Assembly: GCA_963820825.1 (NCBI GenBank)
Contig: CAWGBN010000007.1
Coordinates: 256,001-320,000 of the forward strand
Origin: Vulcanimicrobiota bacterium
GTDB taxonomy: Bacteria; Vulcanimicrobiota; Vulcanimicrobiia; Vulcanimicrobiales; Vulcanimicrobiaceae
Reading direction: 5' to 3'
Length of the DNA: 64,000 nt
In this document: positions 28,334 to 39,132 of the stretch, one piece after another
Numbering within the stretch: position 1 is the stretch's first letter
Layout of the letters: every line of letters begins with the position of its first letter
Notes under the pieces: model-generated
Told to the model about the DNA's origin: nothing
What the model saw: only the letters and a program-made list of their open reading frames with translations
Database searches by the model: none
Program-made: the position numbers and the translations under genes

Positions 28334-29968
28334 CTGCGGAACTTTATCGTCGCCTCGAGCGCGTTCGCCATTGCGCTTTCCGGGTGCTCTAGGGTTTCGA
28401 ATGAGGCGGGCGCCGGGCAACGCCACTCGTGGACGCAGCCCGGCGTTCTGCGCGTCGCGATTCAGAGCGACTTGAAGAATCTCAATCCGCTGCTGAACTC
28501 GAATACCACCGACGTCTTCATCGACCGGCTCATGTTCGAGCCGCTGCTGACGGCCGATCGCAAGGGGAATCCCCTACCGATGCTCGCGGTGCGGGTGCCG
28601 ACGCTCGAGAATCACGACATCAGTGCCGACGGTTTGACGATTACCTATCGGCTGCGCCGCAACGCGCGATGGACCGACGGCGTGCCGGTCACGTCGGGCG
28701 ACGTCAAATGGTCGTGGCAAGCGATCATGAATCCCGACAACAACGTCGTTTCGCGCCACGGTTACGACGACGTCGCGTCGATCGATACGCCGAGTCCCAA
28801 TACCGTCGTCATTCATTTGAAGAGCCGGTTCTCGCCCTTCGTCAACACCTTCTTCGCCGAGAGCGACCAGCCGTATATGGTCGCGCCGGCTCACGTGCTG
28901 GCCAAGTATCCGAACCTCAACCAGATTCCGTTCAACAGCGCGCCCACGGTGAGCGACGGACCGTTCAAGTTCGCCGAATGGTCGCGCGGCGATCACCTCA
29001 CGTTCGCGCGCAACGACGGCTTCTTCATGGGCAAACCGAGACTCGACCGGGTCGTCGCGCGAATCGTCCCCGACGAGAACACATCGGTAAACCTCTTGAA
29101 GACGCACGCGATAGATTACATGTTCCAGGCATCGCAGCAGACGTACCAGGCATTGCGCTCGGTGCCCGACGTTAAGCTCGCCTGGGTCAACGTCAACGGG
29201 TACTCCTACGTACAGCTCAATCTTGCACGGCCGCTCCTCTCCGATCCGCGCGTTCGGATGGCGATCGCCTATGCAATCGACAAAGAAGAGTTGGTTCGCA
29301 CCTTGACCTTCGGCACGCAGACGCTGGCGACGGCAGATATTCCCGATTGGATGTGGGCCTTCGACCCGCGCGTGCGCTCGACGCCGCACGATCCCGCGGA
29401 GGCGCATCGGCTCTTGCGAGAGGCCGGCTGGTCGCCGGGACCCGATGGAATCATGCGTAAGGGCGGGGAGCGCCTCTCCCTGGTCACGGTCACGAACAAC
29501 TCGAACGCGACGCGACGCCAGGAGGCGCTGCAGGTCCAGGCGATGCTCCGCCAGATCGGCATCGAAGACGCAATCAAATACTATCCCGGTGACGTGCTCT
29601 TCGCCCCGGCCGGAATGGGCGGCATCCTTCAACTCGGAAAGTTCGACATCACCGTCTCCGGATGGTACGCGGGAATCGATCCCGACGACAGCACCCAATT
29701 TACGTGCGAGAACTTTCCGCCCAGCGGATACAACTACTCGCGCTACTGCAGCCCGGCGATGCAGGCCGCTCAGCAAATCGCGCTCACGCGCTACGATCGC
29801 CCGTCGCGAATCACGGCCTACTATCAGATCCAAGAGCTGCTCGTGCGCGACAATCCCGCACTCTTCATCTACTGGCTGCGGCAGATGGAACCGATCAGCG
29901 TAGACTTCCGGGGGTTCGACCCCAACCCGGTCGTCGAGTCATGGAACGCGTGGCAATGGACCGTTTAG
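28334..29968 (+). CDS. Peptide/nickel ABC transporter substrate-binding lipoprotein (family 5)
   Basis: xRNFIVASSAFAIALSGC lipobox; WTDGVPVTSGDV; GPFKFAEW; VRMAIAYAID; start uncertain (CTG 28334 or ATG 28220). Confidence 0.9.
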   Translation: MRNFIVASSAFAIALSGCSRVSNEAGAGQRHSWTQPGVLRVAIQSDLKNLNPLLNSNTTDVFIDRLMFEPLLTADRKGNPLPMLAVRVPTLENHDISADGLTITYRLRRNARWTDGVPVTSGDVKWSWQAIMNPDNNVVSRHGYDDVASIDTPSPNTVVIHLKSRFSPFVNTFFAESDQPYMVAPAHVLAKYPNLNQIPFNSAPTVSDGPFKFAEWSRGDHLTFARNDGFFMGKPRLDRVVARIVPDENTSVNLLKTHAIDYMFQASQQTYQALRSVPDVKLAWVNVNGYSYVQLNLARPLLSDPRVRMAIAYAIDKEELVRTLTFGTQTLATADIPDWMWAFDPRVRSTPHDPAEAHRLLREAGWSPGPDGIMRKGGERLSLVTVTNNSNATRRQEALQVQAMLRQIGIEDAIKYYPGDVLFAPAGMGGILQLGKFDITVSGWYAGIDPDDSTQFTCENFPPSGYNYSRYCSPAMQAAQQIALTRYDRPSRITAYYQIQELLVRDNPALFIYWLRQMEPISVDFRGFDPNPVVESWNAWQWTV

Positions 29969-30486
29969 GATCCTTGGAGGTTACCTGGCTTCGCAAAATC
30001 ATTGCGGAGCGCGCGCTGACGCGCGGCGATTACGTTTTGGCCGGCGGCGCGCGCAGCGATTACTACATCGATAAGTTTCGGCTCTTCTCCGATCCGCAGG
30101 TGCTGCGCCGCATCGCGCGGCTCTTCGGCCCGGTCATCGCCGAGTTCAATCCCGACGTCATCGCCGGCACCGAACTGGGCGGCGTCGTTGTGGCGACGGC
30201 CGTAGCCGCGATGTCGAACCTCCCGATGCTGGCCGTGCGCAAGAAGCCTAAGGCCTACGGGGCATTCGCAAACGACTACGTTGAGGGTCCGTACCACGCC
30301 GGCCAGCACGTACTGCTGCTCGAGGACGTGGTCACCAACGGGCGCGAGCTCCTCACCGCCGCAGCGCGTCTGCGCGAACTCGGCTTACGGGTGACGCCCT
30401 ACGCGGTGATCAGCCGCGGCCTCGCGCCGGTGCGGGCCTTGATTCAGTTCTCGCTCCCCTCCGACGACCCGAAGACCGACAACTAA
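29956..30486 (+). CDS. pyrE: Orotate phosphoribosyltransferase-like PRTase
   Basis: GDYVLAGGARSDYYID, VRKKPKAYG, LLEDVVTNG. Confidence 0.75.
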   Translation: MDRLGSLEVTWLRKIIAERALTRGDYVLAGGARSDYYIDKFRLFSDPQVLRRIARLFGPVIAEFNPDVIAGTELGGVVVATAVAAMSNLPMLAVRKKPKAYGAFANDYVEGPYHAGQHVLLLEDVVTNGRELLTAAARLRELGLRVTPYAVISRGLAPVRALIQFSLPSDDPKTDN

Positions 30487-31244
30487 ACGACGAGCTCCAT
30501 CCCGTCCTCGGCAACCTGAACCGGACCGCCGAAGGCTGCGCTCGCCGCGCCGACGAGATCGGTTGGTGCGTCGCCGGCTGGATAGTGGGTCAGCAGCAGG
30601 CGCGCCACGCCCGCGCGTGCGGCCATCTCGCCCGCCTCCCATGCGCTGGAATGCCCGCGCTCTCCCACTTCCGTACCGAGCCCGAGTGCGGCTTCGCAGA
30701 GAAAGAGCGCGCTTGCGCGCGCGAGGCCGACGACCGGATCGCAGGGCGCGCTATCGGCGGAATACGTGATCGCTGCGCCGTCGCATTCGCAACGCATCGC
30801 AAAGGCTTCGATGTAGTGCCGAGCCGGGACGAAGCGCAGCGAGATATCCCGCACCGCAAGCGTCGTCGCCGGATCGTATTCGCGCGCGGCAAAGACGCTA
30901 TCGAAGAAGTCTTCTTCGGCATCTGCCGAGACGGCTCGGCGCAGCGCATCGAGCCGCGCGAGCCCGCCGGGCGGAAGCCAGACGGGGAGGCGCCGCTCGA
31001 TCGGAAGGCCTCCGTACTTGAGCGCGTAGCGAAGCGGCACGAGGTCGAAGAAATGATCGGCGTGCATATGCGAGACGACGATTGCATCGATCTTCGTGTA
31101 CGCGATCGCGAACTGCAGCTTCGAAAACGCACCGGTCCCGAAGTCGAGCACCACCGCGGTTTCGCCGCTGCGGATCAAGTACGAGCTCGAGGCCCCGCCG
31201 GGCCGGGGCGTGGCGGGGCTCGATCCGACGACGCGAAGCTTCAA
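30483..31244 (-). CDS. MBL-fold metallo-hydrolase, RNase Z/BN-like
   Basis: SHMHADH, YSADS, LCEA, GHSS, LLLTH. Confidence 0.85.
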   Translation of the reverse strand: MKLRVVGSSPATPRPGGASSSYLIRSGETAVVLDFGTGAFSKLQFAIAYTKIDAIVVSHMHADHFFDLVPLRYALKYGGLPIERRLPVWLPPGGLARLDALRRAVSADAEEDFFDSVFAAREYDPATTLAVRDISLRFVPARHYIEAFAMRCECDGAAITYSADSAPCDPVVGLARASALFLCEAALGLGTEVGERGHSSAWEAGEMAARAGVARLLLTHYPAGDAPTDLVGAASAAFGGPVQVAEDGMELVV

Positions 31245-31657
31245 GGCAACGCCGCGAGCACTTCTTCCGCGTGCTGGTTCACGTTGACTTTCGGCCAGAC
31301 TTTGAGGATGCGGCCCTCGCCGTCGACGAGGAACGTCGAGCGCGCGTTGACTTCCAGCGCCCCATAAAGCTTCGACTCGGTATCGGCCAGGAGCGTGAAC
31401 GGAATCGCATACTTCTTCTTGAAACGCTGGTGCGATTCGACCGAGTCCCGGCTGACGCCGACGACGCGCGCCTTCTTCTCTTCAAAACGCCGATAGATGT
31501 CGCGAAACTGCGAGGCTTCGCTGGTGCAGCCGGGCGTATCGTCTTTCGGATAGAAGTAGAGCACGAGCGGACCGCCGAGCAAGTCGGTCGTCGTTACCGA
31601 CTCGCCTCGATCGTCGAGTACCGTCACGGCCGGGAGCCGATCGCCTTCGCCAAGCAT
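31241..31657 (-). CDS. bcp: Peroxiredoxin, BCP/PrxQ type
   Basis: YFYPKDDTPGCTSEA, RSTFLVD. Confidence 0.9.
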   Translation of the reverse strand: MLGEGDRLPAVTVLDDRGESVTTTDLLGGPLVLYFYPKDDTPGCTSEASQFRDIYRRFEEKKARVVGVSRDSVESHQRFKKKYAIPFTLLADTESKLYGALEVNARSTFLVDGEGRILKVWPKVNVNQHAEEVLAALP

Positions 31658-31687
31658 TCTTAGACCTTTCCAGAAGTGAGGGGTATA

Positions 31688-32251
31688 GTGTCTTCGCCTC
31701 ACCCATTGGCGCAACGCCTTATCGAACGCCTGCAGTCGCGCCCGGCAAGCCGGGTTCTCGACTTCGCAGCGGGCAGCGGGCGCAACGCCGAGGCGCTGCG
31801 CCGTGCCGGTTTCACCGTGGTGACGGTCGCCGACGACGAGGCCGCGTCGGAGAACCCGTTGGCGCACGATCGCGGACCGTTTGCCGCGATCGTTTCGAGT
31901 CACGGATTTCTGCACGGCACGTCGGCTGCCGTCGCCGCTCGCGTGCGCTCGGTCGCCGAAGCGCTCGAGCGGGGCGGCCGGCTCTACGCCACCTTCGGTT
32001 CGACCAACGATCCGCGCTTCGGCGCAGGACAGCGCATCGACGATGCGACGTACGCAGCGGTCGACGGCGACGAGCGCGGCGTGGCGCACGCGTACTTCGA
32101 TCGAAGGCAGGTTCTCGCGATGCTCGAACCGCTGCTCGACGTGGAGTCGCTCGAAACCAGCGGCGTGGACGACATTGCCGGATCGTGGGCGCATCGGGAG
32201 CGTCCGCTTGCCGGCGCCGCGCACTGGTTTGCAGTCGCCCGCCGGCGGTGA
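31688..32251 (+). CDS. Class I SAM-dependent methyltransferase (TehB-like)
   Basis: RVLDFAAGSGRNA motif. Confidence 0.65.
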   Translation: MSSPHPLAQRLIERLQSRPASRVLDFAAGSGRNAEALRRAGFTVVTVADDEAASENPLAHDRGPFAAIVSSHGFLHGTSAAVAARVRSVAEALERGGRLYATFGSTNDPRFGAGQRIDDATYAAVDGDERGVAHAYFDRRQVLAMLEPLLDVESLETSGVDDIAGSWAHRERPLAGAAHWFAVARRR

Positions 32252-33825
32252 AACGAGCGGCTCTGATCGGGCTGTTCGTCGCGAGCGGCCTCGTCGCGTG
32301 TACCCCGGCCGGAAGCCGCCATAACGCGAGCTCGACGCTCGTCTTCACCGGCCTCGCCGGCGAACCGGATTCGCTGAACCCGATGCTCTCGAACGAAGCC
32401 GACGAGCTCAACTTCAGCCACCTCTACATGTCGTATCTCGTCGAAAACGACGACCGCGGCAACGCGATACCCGAGATCGCATCGGGGCTACCGACCCTTG
32501 CCAACGGCGGCATCTCCCCCGACCAGCGAACGGTCATCTATCACCTGCGGCCGGACGTTCGCTGGCAAGACGGCGCACTGCTGACGGCGCGCGACGTCGT
32601 CTTCTCCTACCGCGAGATCGTCAATCCGCGCAACAACGTGGCGACGCGCGTCGGATATCAAGAAGTCGCTTCGATTCGGGCGATCGACGACCGCACCGTC
32701 GTCGTCCGTCTGCGGCGCCGCTTCTCGCCATTCGTGCAGTATTTCTTCGGTCCGCAAGGAGTCGGCGCGATCATGCCGGAGCATCTGCTGCGGGGACGCG
32801 CCGATCTCAACCACGCCGAATACAACCAGCGACCCGTCGGCTCCGGGCCGTTTCGAGTGCTGCGATGGAATCGCGGCGACAGCATTACGCTCGCCGCCAA
32901 TCCGCTCTACTGGCGCGGCAAACCGCATATCGACCGGCTCGTCTACCGTATCGTTCCCGATCCCAACACGCGTCTGGAGCTGCTTCGCACCGGCGAAGCC
33001 GATTCATACTTCGACGTCGATCCGCAGCTCTTGCCGCAGCTGCAAGCGATTCCGAACGTGCGCATCGCGCTGACCCCGGTAAACGATCTGCACGTGCTGC
33101 GCTTCAATCTTGGCGATCCGGCGCTGCAAGACGTCACGGTGCGCCGAGCGATCGCGATGTCGATCGATCGCAAAAAGCTGATCGCCGCCGCGACGCACGG
33201 AAGCGGCCTCGCGGTCGACGCAGATCAGCCGAGAAACGGCTGGGCCTACGACCCCGCGACGCCGCCGATTCCATACGATCCCGAAGCGGCGAGGAAATTG
33301 TTGCAAGGCCGTACGCTCGACCTCACGCTCGCGATCGCGCCGCAGATCATCAACGGCTCTCCACTCGTCGCGGCGATTCTGCAAGAGAACCTGCGTCGAA
33401 TCGGCGTGCGCACGACGGTCAAACAGTATCCCAGCGGAATGTTCTACGCGACCCCGGCCTTAGGCGGCGTGCTAGGCGGCGGGCACTATCAGCTCGCCTA
33501 CGATGCCTGGTGGGTTCTCGGCAACGATCCGGACGATTCGTGGAATTTTGCCTGCGACGAACGTCCGCCCGTAGGACTCAACTACTCGATGTGGTGCGAC
33601 GCGCGTGCCGACACGGCAACGCGCGATGCGATGGCCACCCTCGATCGCGGACGGCGCAGAGCCGACTACGCGGCCGTGCAGCACGCAATCGCGACGCAGC
33701 TCCCCGTATTCACGCTCTGGCAAGTACGCATTCCCAATGCCTACAAAACGTATCTTCACGGCGTCGCGCCCTCACCCGCCGGCTCAACGTTTTGGAACGC
33801 TTGGAGCTGGCGAATCGACTCCTAG
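32248..33825 (+). CDS. Peptide ABC transporter substrate-binding lipoprotein (family 5)
   Basis: GLVAC lipobox; EPDSLNP; WQDGALLTARDV; PVGSGPF. Confidence 0.9.
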   Translation: MKRAALIGLFVASGLVACTPAGSRHNASSTLVFTGLAGEPDSLNPMLSNEADELNFSHLYMSYLVENDDRGNAIPEIASGLPTLANGGISPDQRTVIYHLRPDVRWQDGALLTARDVVFSYREIVNPRNNVATRVGYQEVASIRAIDDRTVVVRLRRRFSPFVQYFFGPQGVGAIMPEHLLRGRADLNHAEYNQRPVGSGPFRVLRWNRGDSITLAANPLYWRGKPHIDRLVYRIVPDPNTRLELLRTGEADSYFDVDPQLLPQLQAIPNVRIALTPVNDLHVLRFNLGDPALQDVTVRRAIAMSIDRKKLIAAATHGSGLAVDADQPRNGWAYDPATPPIPYDPEAARKLLQGRTLDLTLAIAPQIINGSPLVAAILQENLRRIGVRTTVKQYPSGMFYATPALGGVLGGGHYQLAYDAWWVLGNDPDDSWNFACDERPPVGLNYSMWCDARADTATRDAMATLDRGRRRADYAAVQHAIATQLPVFTLWQVRIPNAYKTYLHGVAPSPAGSTFWNAWSWRIDS

Positions 33826-33839
33826 AATCCTCAGAGATC

Positions 33840-33871
33840 AAAAGGGGGCCGGTAGATGCCGGGCCCCTTTT
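33840..33871. terminator. Bidirectional intrinsic terminator
   Basis: AAAAGGGGGCCGGTA-ga-TGCCGGGCCCCTTTT. Confidence 0.8.
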
Positions 33872-33894
33872 CGTGCAACGCTTGCGTTATCGGC

Positions 33895-34379
33895 TCATCT
33901 GGTAGCGATACCGATCGCGCCCGAGACGCAATTGCTCGACGAGTCGCATGCCTCCACGGCGTCTTGGTACTTATACGCGTGGTTACTGCTCTTGACTCGC
34001 CTCTTTTCGCTGATCGTGAAGGTCGTCGGATTGCCCGGGTTGGGCGAAGCGCTGCTCAAGATCGCCCTGACAACCTTGCCGGTCTTCACGACCTGCACTT
34101 GGCTGGACCATGTCCACTCGCCCGGAGCCGGGCAATAGCTGTACTGGACGCAAATCCCGACCTTGCGGTGGGACGTCCTGGAGATGCTTACGCAGGTGAT
34201 GAACTGCGATGGACACGACGCGTCGGGACGCGCGCCAATCACGACGAGAAGAGGGCCGCCGGACTTGGCCATCGGCGCCGTCTGCTGCGCGCCGGGCACT
34301 GCCTGCGCACCACCATTTGAGCATGCGGAAAGCGCGATGCTCGCGGCCAGTACGGCGGTCAGTAGAAAATTGAACGCAT
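33895..34379 (-). CDS. Cys-rich lipoprotein, with an apparent 1-nt frameshift in the signal peptide
   Basis: AAGGAG-N8-ATG CGT TCA ATT TT|CTA CTG...LSAC lipobox; adding one T restores MRSIFLLTAVLAASIALSAC. Confidence 0.6.
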
Positions 34380-34527
34380 GGTCAAAACTCCTTAATAGCT
34401 ATCCCTGATTTGATAAAGGTAGCAGACGGCCGTGCCGCTGGCGGACGAGCCGCGGGCGCTTACTCCCGACCCTTGACTAAACCAGGTTGCCGATACCGGC
34501 TCCGGCTCGTAGCTGGCCCAAGCTTGC

Positions 34528-35316
34528 TCACTCTCTGACTGTCGTTATCAAATCTTGCATCGGGCTTGAGGCGGCGGCGTAAAGGCGCTTCTCCATGCGC
34601 CCGGCGAGATAGGCTTCTCTTCCGGCGATTACCGCATACCTCATCGCCGCGGCCATGCGCACGGGATGGCGTGCGCGCGCGATCCCGGTGTTCATCAGCA
34701 GCGCGTCGACTCCGAGCTCCATCGCGATCGCCGCATCCGAGGCGGTTCCGACCCCGGCATCGACGATCACGGGTACCTTCGCGCGCTCCTTGATGATTCG
34801 AATCGAATAGGGATTGCAGACGCCGAGCCCGCTGCCGATCGGTGCGGCGAGCGGCATCACCGCCGCGCAGCCGAGCTCTTCGAGCTGACGGCACGCAATC
34901 GGATCGTCGCCGATGTAGGGCAGCACGGTGAAACCATCCTTGACGAGCTGTTCGGCTGCGACGAGCGTCTCGCGCGTCTCGGGGTGAAGCGTCTCGGTAT
35001 CGCCGATCACCTCGAGCTTGACGAGATCGGTCTCCAGCAGTTCGCGCGCGAGCTGCGCCGTAAGGACCGCCTCTTTCGCGTTGTAGCATCCCGCGGTGTT
35101 CGGAAGAATCGTGTATCGCGTCCGATCGATATAATCGAGCAGCGTCCTGCCTTCGGCATTGTCGAGATTGATGCGCCGGATCGCAACGGTGACCATCGCC
35201 GCGCCGCTTGCTTCGTGCGCAGCGCGCATGACCTCCATCGATGGGTACTTACCGGTTCCGACGATGAGTCGCGAGTCGAACTCATACGCGCCGATTCTCA
35301 GACGATCGTCGCTCAC
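34528..35316 (-). CDS. thiG: Thiazole synthase
   Basis: [40 protein letters not shown]. Confidence 0.97.
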   Translation of the reverse strand: MSDDRLRIGAYEFDSRLIVGTGKYPSMEVMRAAHEASGAAMVTVAIRRINLDNAEGRTLLDYIDRTRYTILPNTAGCYNAKEAVLTAQLARELLETDLVKLEVIGDTETLHPETRETLVAAEQLVKDGFTVLPYIGDDPIACRQLEELGCAAVMPLAAPIGSGLGVCNPYSIRIIKERAKVPVIVDAGVGTASDAAIAMELGVDALLMNTGIARARHPVRMAAAMRYAVIAGREAYLAGRMEKRLYAAASSPMQDLITTVRE

Positions 35317-35324
35317 GTTGACGT

Positions 35325-35525
35325 CTATCCCCCCGCAACCGCTTCGATGATCTCGATCCGGTCGCCCTCGCGCACCGGACGGAGGTCGTACTCGTTTCGC
35401 CGCACGACCGCGTCGTTCTGCGCGACCGCGACGCCGTCGCGCGCCGAGCCGAGCAACTCGAGCAGCGCCCCGACGCTCAGCTCGTCGGGAAGATCGCGCG
35501 GATGACCGTTGACGGTTGCTTTCAC
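35325..35525 (-). CDS. thiS: Sulfur carrier protein ThiS
   Basis: VNG...VAVAQN...[15 protein letters not shown]-terminal GG. Confidence 0.93.
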   Translation of the reverse strand: MKATVNGHPRDLPDELSVGALLELLGSARDGVAVAQNDAVVRRNEYDLRPVREGDRIEIIEAVAGG

Positions 35526-36667
35526 GCGTGGGTGATTCGTTCTGGAGGTGTCGCTTCCGTGCCGAAGCGACCGATCGAAAAGGCTTCCAGGCCCGCGCTC
35601 CTCCCGGTCTCGATCACGTCGGCGATCGACCGCGCGGTCGCCGGCGCGAGCAAGATCCCATTCCGGTAGTGACCCGTTGCCAGGATCAGGCCGTCGATTG
35701 CGGTCGTTCCCAGATATGGCAAGCCGTCGGGCGTCGCGGGGCGCAGGCCTGCCCAGCTCTCGGTGACCGAAAAGCTCGCCAGCGCGGGTGCCGCCGCGAG
35801 CGTGGCGTGGAGCAGCCCGTGAATCCCCTCGGCAGTGACGCGCTCGTCGAATCCCGCCGATTCGACGGTCGCGCCGACGAGCAGCCGCCCGTCCTCGCGC
35901 GGCACGAGGTATGCGCCGGGAACCCAGGTTGCGCGCCGCACGAAACCGGCCGGCACCGCGAGCGCAATCATCTGCCCCTTGATCGGTTCGACGCGCGGCA
36001 CGCAGCTGGGCGGCACGCCGTCGAGGCGTGCGGCCCACGCGCCGCACGCGTTCACCACCACGCGCGCGCCGACGAATCCGCGATCGGTGCGCACCCCGAG
36101 AACTCGACGCGCGTCGCACTCTACCGCGATCCCGGAAGTCTGCTCGATGCGCGCGCCGCGGGCGGCACAGGCGGCCGCTAGGGCGCGTCCGAGCCGTCGA
36201 TTGTCGACGTGACCTTCGCCGCGCTTGAGCAACGCGCCGGCGAGCGCCGCGCCGAGCCACGGTTCGCCGGCGAGCGCGCTGCGCCTATCGAGCATCTCGC
36301 AATCGACGCCGCGGCCTCTCAGCGCGCGCGCGTCACGCTCCAATGCGTCGAGCCCAGCGTGATCGAAGGCCGCGTAGAGCACGCCGTCGAGCCGCAAATG
36401 GGCGTCGATTCCGCCGGCTGCAGCGACGCGCGCGACGAAGTTCGGATACTCCGTCAGCGAAGATGCGCAGAGTGCGAGCAGCGCCTCGTCCGAGATGCGC
36501 TCGGTGTACGGCGCCAGCATTCCCGCGCCGGCCCACGATGCCGCACGCGCCGGCTCGCCGCGCTCGTAGACTCGAACGCTCCCACCCCGTTCGGCCAGCT
36601 CGAAAGCGATCGCAAGGCCGATGAGCCCCGCGCCGACGACGACGACGTCGCCACTGGAGTGATGCAC
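35522..36667 (-). CDS. thiO: Glycine oxidase
   Basis: [37 protein letters not shown]. Confidence 0.92.
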   Translation of the reverse strand: MHHSSGDVVVVGAGLIGLAIAFELAERGGSVRVYERGEPARAASWAGAGMLAPYTERISDEALLALCASSLTEYPNFVARVAAAGGIDAHLRLDGVLYAAFDHAGLDALERDARALRGRGVDCEMLDRRSALAGEPWLGAALAGALLKRGEGHVDNRRLGRALAAACAARGARIEQTSGIAVECDARRVLGVRTDRGFVGARVVVNACGAWAARLDGVPPSCVPRVEPIKGQMIALAVPAGFVRRATWVPGAYLVPREDGRLLVGATVESAGFDERVTAEGIHGLLHATLAAAPALASFSVTESWAGLRPATPDGLPYLGTTAIDGLILATGHYRNGILLAPATARSIADVIETGRSAGLEAFSIGRFGTEATPPERITHA

Positions 36668-38319
36668 TACATGCCTAAGTAGACCGGGCCTTCGCCTCCC
36701 TGCGGCGGAACCCACGTAATGATTTGGTACGGGTCCGCGATGTCGCACGTCTTGCAGTGCACGCAGTTGGTGAAGTTGATCTGCAGCCGCCCGGTGAACG
36801 ATTCGCCGTTCGCTTCAAACATCGGCTCGTAGACGGCTGCGGGACAGAAGTACTTGCACGGATTTCCGTATTCGACGGTGCAGCGATCGCGGCAGATGTT
36901 CGTGTCGGAGACGATGAGGTGGCAGGGTTGGTTCTCTTCGTGTATCGTGCCGCTGCTATAGACGTCGGTCAGCTTGTCGAAGGTCAGCACGTTGTCGATG
37001 CCGGCCCGCGGCGTTTGCGGCGGATCGAAGCCCATCTTCGCCATGCGCGCGTAACCCGGCTCGCCTGTGAGCTTCTCGATGAAGCCGAAGCCGGCACCGC
37101 CGGTGAGCGTCGAGAGCCCGGCGTTGATCAACCCGGCGAGCATTCCGTTGTGGAATCCTTGGTGGAAGTTCCGCGCGGTGCGCAGCTCCGCGTAGGCCCA
37201 CGACTCCTTAAAGCGCCGTTCGAACGACGAGAGCGTCGCGCCGTCGTAACGCTCCGCCTGGAGCGCTTCCCAGATCGTCTCCGCCGCGAGCATTCCCGAT
37301 TTCATTCCGAGGTGAATGCCCTTCAGCCGCATGCCGTTCAGAAAGCCCGCCGAGTCGCCGATCAGGAGCAGTCCGTCGGCATAAGCGCGCGGCATCGCAA
37401 AGAGCCCGCCCTCGGGAATCGCCTTCGCGCCGTAGCGAATCATCTTGCCGCCCTCGAGCATCCGCGCGATGACGGGGTGCGTCTTCATGCGCTGAAGCTC
37501 GTTCTGGGGATCGGTCGTCGGATTCTTATAATCCAAGCCCGTGACCATTCCAATGTCGAGAACGTTCTCGGCCATGCCGTAGATGAATCCGCCGCCGAAC
37601 GTCTCCGGAGGCAACGGAAAACCGAGCGTATGGATCACCGATCCGGCTTTGAATCGGTCGTCCGGAAGCTGCCACAGCTCCTTGACGCCGGCGGCATATA
37701 CTTGCGGCTCGCGTCCTTCGTGGAGGTTGAGGCGCGACGCCGCCTGCTTTGTCAACGTGCCGCGGGGGCCTTCGCCGAGAACGACGATCTTCGCAATGAT
37801 GTCGGCGCCCGGTTCGTAGTTCGACTTGGGCTGACCGTTGTGATCGAGCCCCTTGTCGCCGGTGCGAACGCCGATGACGCGATTCTCGTGCCAGAGCAGC
37901 TCTTGGCCCGGAAAGGCCGCAAAGACTTGCGCGGTATGCTCCTCGGCGACGTCGCCAAGCCACTTGCAGAGCTTCTGCAGCGAGGTAACGTACTTGCCGT
38001 CATTGCGTAGCGGCGGCGGCGTGAACGGCGCCTTGATCTTTCCGCGTGCGGTGAGGAACCAGAGCTGATCGCTCGTCACCGGCGACTCTACCGGCGCGCT
38101 CGTGCGCCACTCGGGGAGCAGTTCGTCGAGCGCGCGCGGATCCATGACCGCGCCGGAGATCCCGTGGTGGCCGACCTCGCCGCCCTTTTCGATAACAAGG
38201 ATCTCAAGCGCCCGGCCGGCTGCCTGCGCGAGCTGACCCAACCGAATTGCGCCGGCTAGGCTCGCCGGGCCGGCACCGACAAAGAGGACGTCGACTTCGA
38301 GGCGATCGCGTTGCGGCAT
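36667..38319 (-). CDS. Electron transfer flavoprotein-quinone oxidoreductase
   Basis: VGAGPA, IPEGG, GDSAG, KGIH, C-terminal FCPAAVYE and NCVHCKTCDI Fe-S motif. Confidence 0.92.
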   Translation of the reverse strand: MPQRDRLEVDVLFVGAGPASLAGAIRLGQLAQAAGRALEILVIEKGGEVGHHGISGAVMDPRALDELLPEWRTSAPVESPVTSDQLWFLTARGKIKAPFTPPPLRNDGKYVTSLQKLCKWLGDVAEEHTAQVFAAFPGQELLWHENRVIGVRTGDKGLDHNGQPKSNYEPGADIIAKIVVLGEGPRGTLTKQAASRLNLHEGREPQVYAAGVKELWQLPDDRFKAGSVIHTLGFPLPPETFGGGFIYGMAENVLDIGMVTGLDYKNPTTDPQNELQRMKTHPVIARMLEGGKMIRYGAKAIPEGGLFAMPRAYADGLLLIGDSAGFLNGMRLKGIHLGMKSGMLAAETIWEALQAERYDGATLSSFERRFKESWAYAELRTARNFHQGFHNGMLAGLINAGLSTLTGGAGFGFIEKLTGEPGYARMAKMGFDPPQTPRAGIDNVLTFDKLTDVYSSGTIHEENQPCHLIVSDTNICRDRCTVEYGNPCKYFCPAAVYEPMFEANGESFTGRLQINFTNCVHCKTCDIADPYQIITWVPPQGGEGPVYLGM

Positions 38320-38326
38320 CTGTCGG

Positions 38327-39118
38327 CTAGTTACACGACGCGGAATCGGACTCCTCAAGGAGTGCTTCGAGGGCGGCACGCACCGCGGTCACGTGCATCG
38401 CAATACGCCGCTCCCACAGCGCCGCAAGCGGCGTCTCGAAGGTCAATGCGTGCGCAACCCCTGCTCGGGCCATCGCAAGCGAGTAGGAGAGCCCGCCGAG
38501 CAACGCGGCCTCTCGCAGCGCATCGGCAACGACGCGTCCGGGCTCACGCAGGCAGTGCGCGTCGTCGAGCGGGCCGGCCAGCCCAAAGGTCACGTCGAGC
38601 GGATCGATCGGAAATCCGCGCTCTTGCAGCCTCGCGATCACGTGCCGGCCGATCGCGCCGCCTCCGTACTCATAACAATAGAAGCCCGCGGCATCGCAAT
38701 CTTCGTGCAGATCGAGCGACAAGACCGGGCCTGCGCGGCTCGCGCTCAGCACCGCGCGCGCCTCGGGCGACCGGCCCTTTCCGTCGAACGTACGATTGAC
38801 GTCGACCCCGTCGGCGCTCGCCCGAGTTCCCGTAACGAAGCCTGTTGGGTTCGTGCAGGGCCAGATCCGATATGCCAATCGCGGGTCGAGCGCGCCGGTT
38901 TCAACCAGCTCGAGCAACGCCCAGGGTCCGGCCGGCTCGTCACCGTGTACGCCGGCCGAGAGCGCTACCGCTGGGCGCGCCACGCCGCCAAGCTCGACGC
39001 AGAGCAGGTTTCGAGCGGACGATTCGCAGGGAATCTCGCGGACGCGCAGCCCGTAGCGCGCCGGCAACGCCCTCCAGCGCCGCTCGAGTTCCCGGTAGGT
39101 CCCGTCGCTCGCGGTCAC
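38327..39118 (-). CDS. M14-family metallocarboxypeptidase/deacylase
   Basis: AGVHGDEPAG, NPTG, DVNR, DLHED, TFETP. Confidence 0.8.
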   Translation of the reverse strand: MTASDGTYRELERRWRALPARYGLRVREIPCESSARNLLCVELGGVARPAVALSAGVHGDEPAGPWALLELVETGALDPRLAYRIWPCTNPTGFVTGTRASADGVDVNRTFDGKGRSPEARAVLSASRAGPVLSLDLHEDCDAAGFYCYEYGGGAIGRHVIARLQERGFPIDPLDVTFGLAGPLDDAHCLREPGRVVADALREAALLGGLSYSLAMARAGVAHALTFETPLAALWERRIAMHVTAVRAALEALLEESDSASCN

Positions 39119-39132
39119 GGAACCTAAAACCC

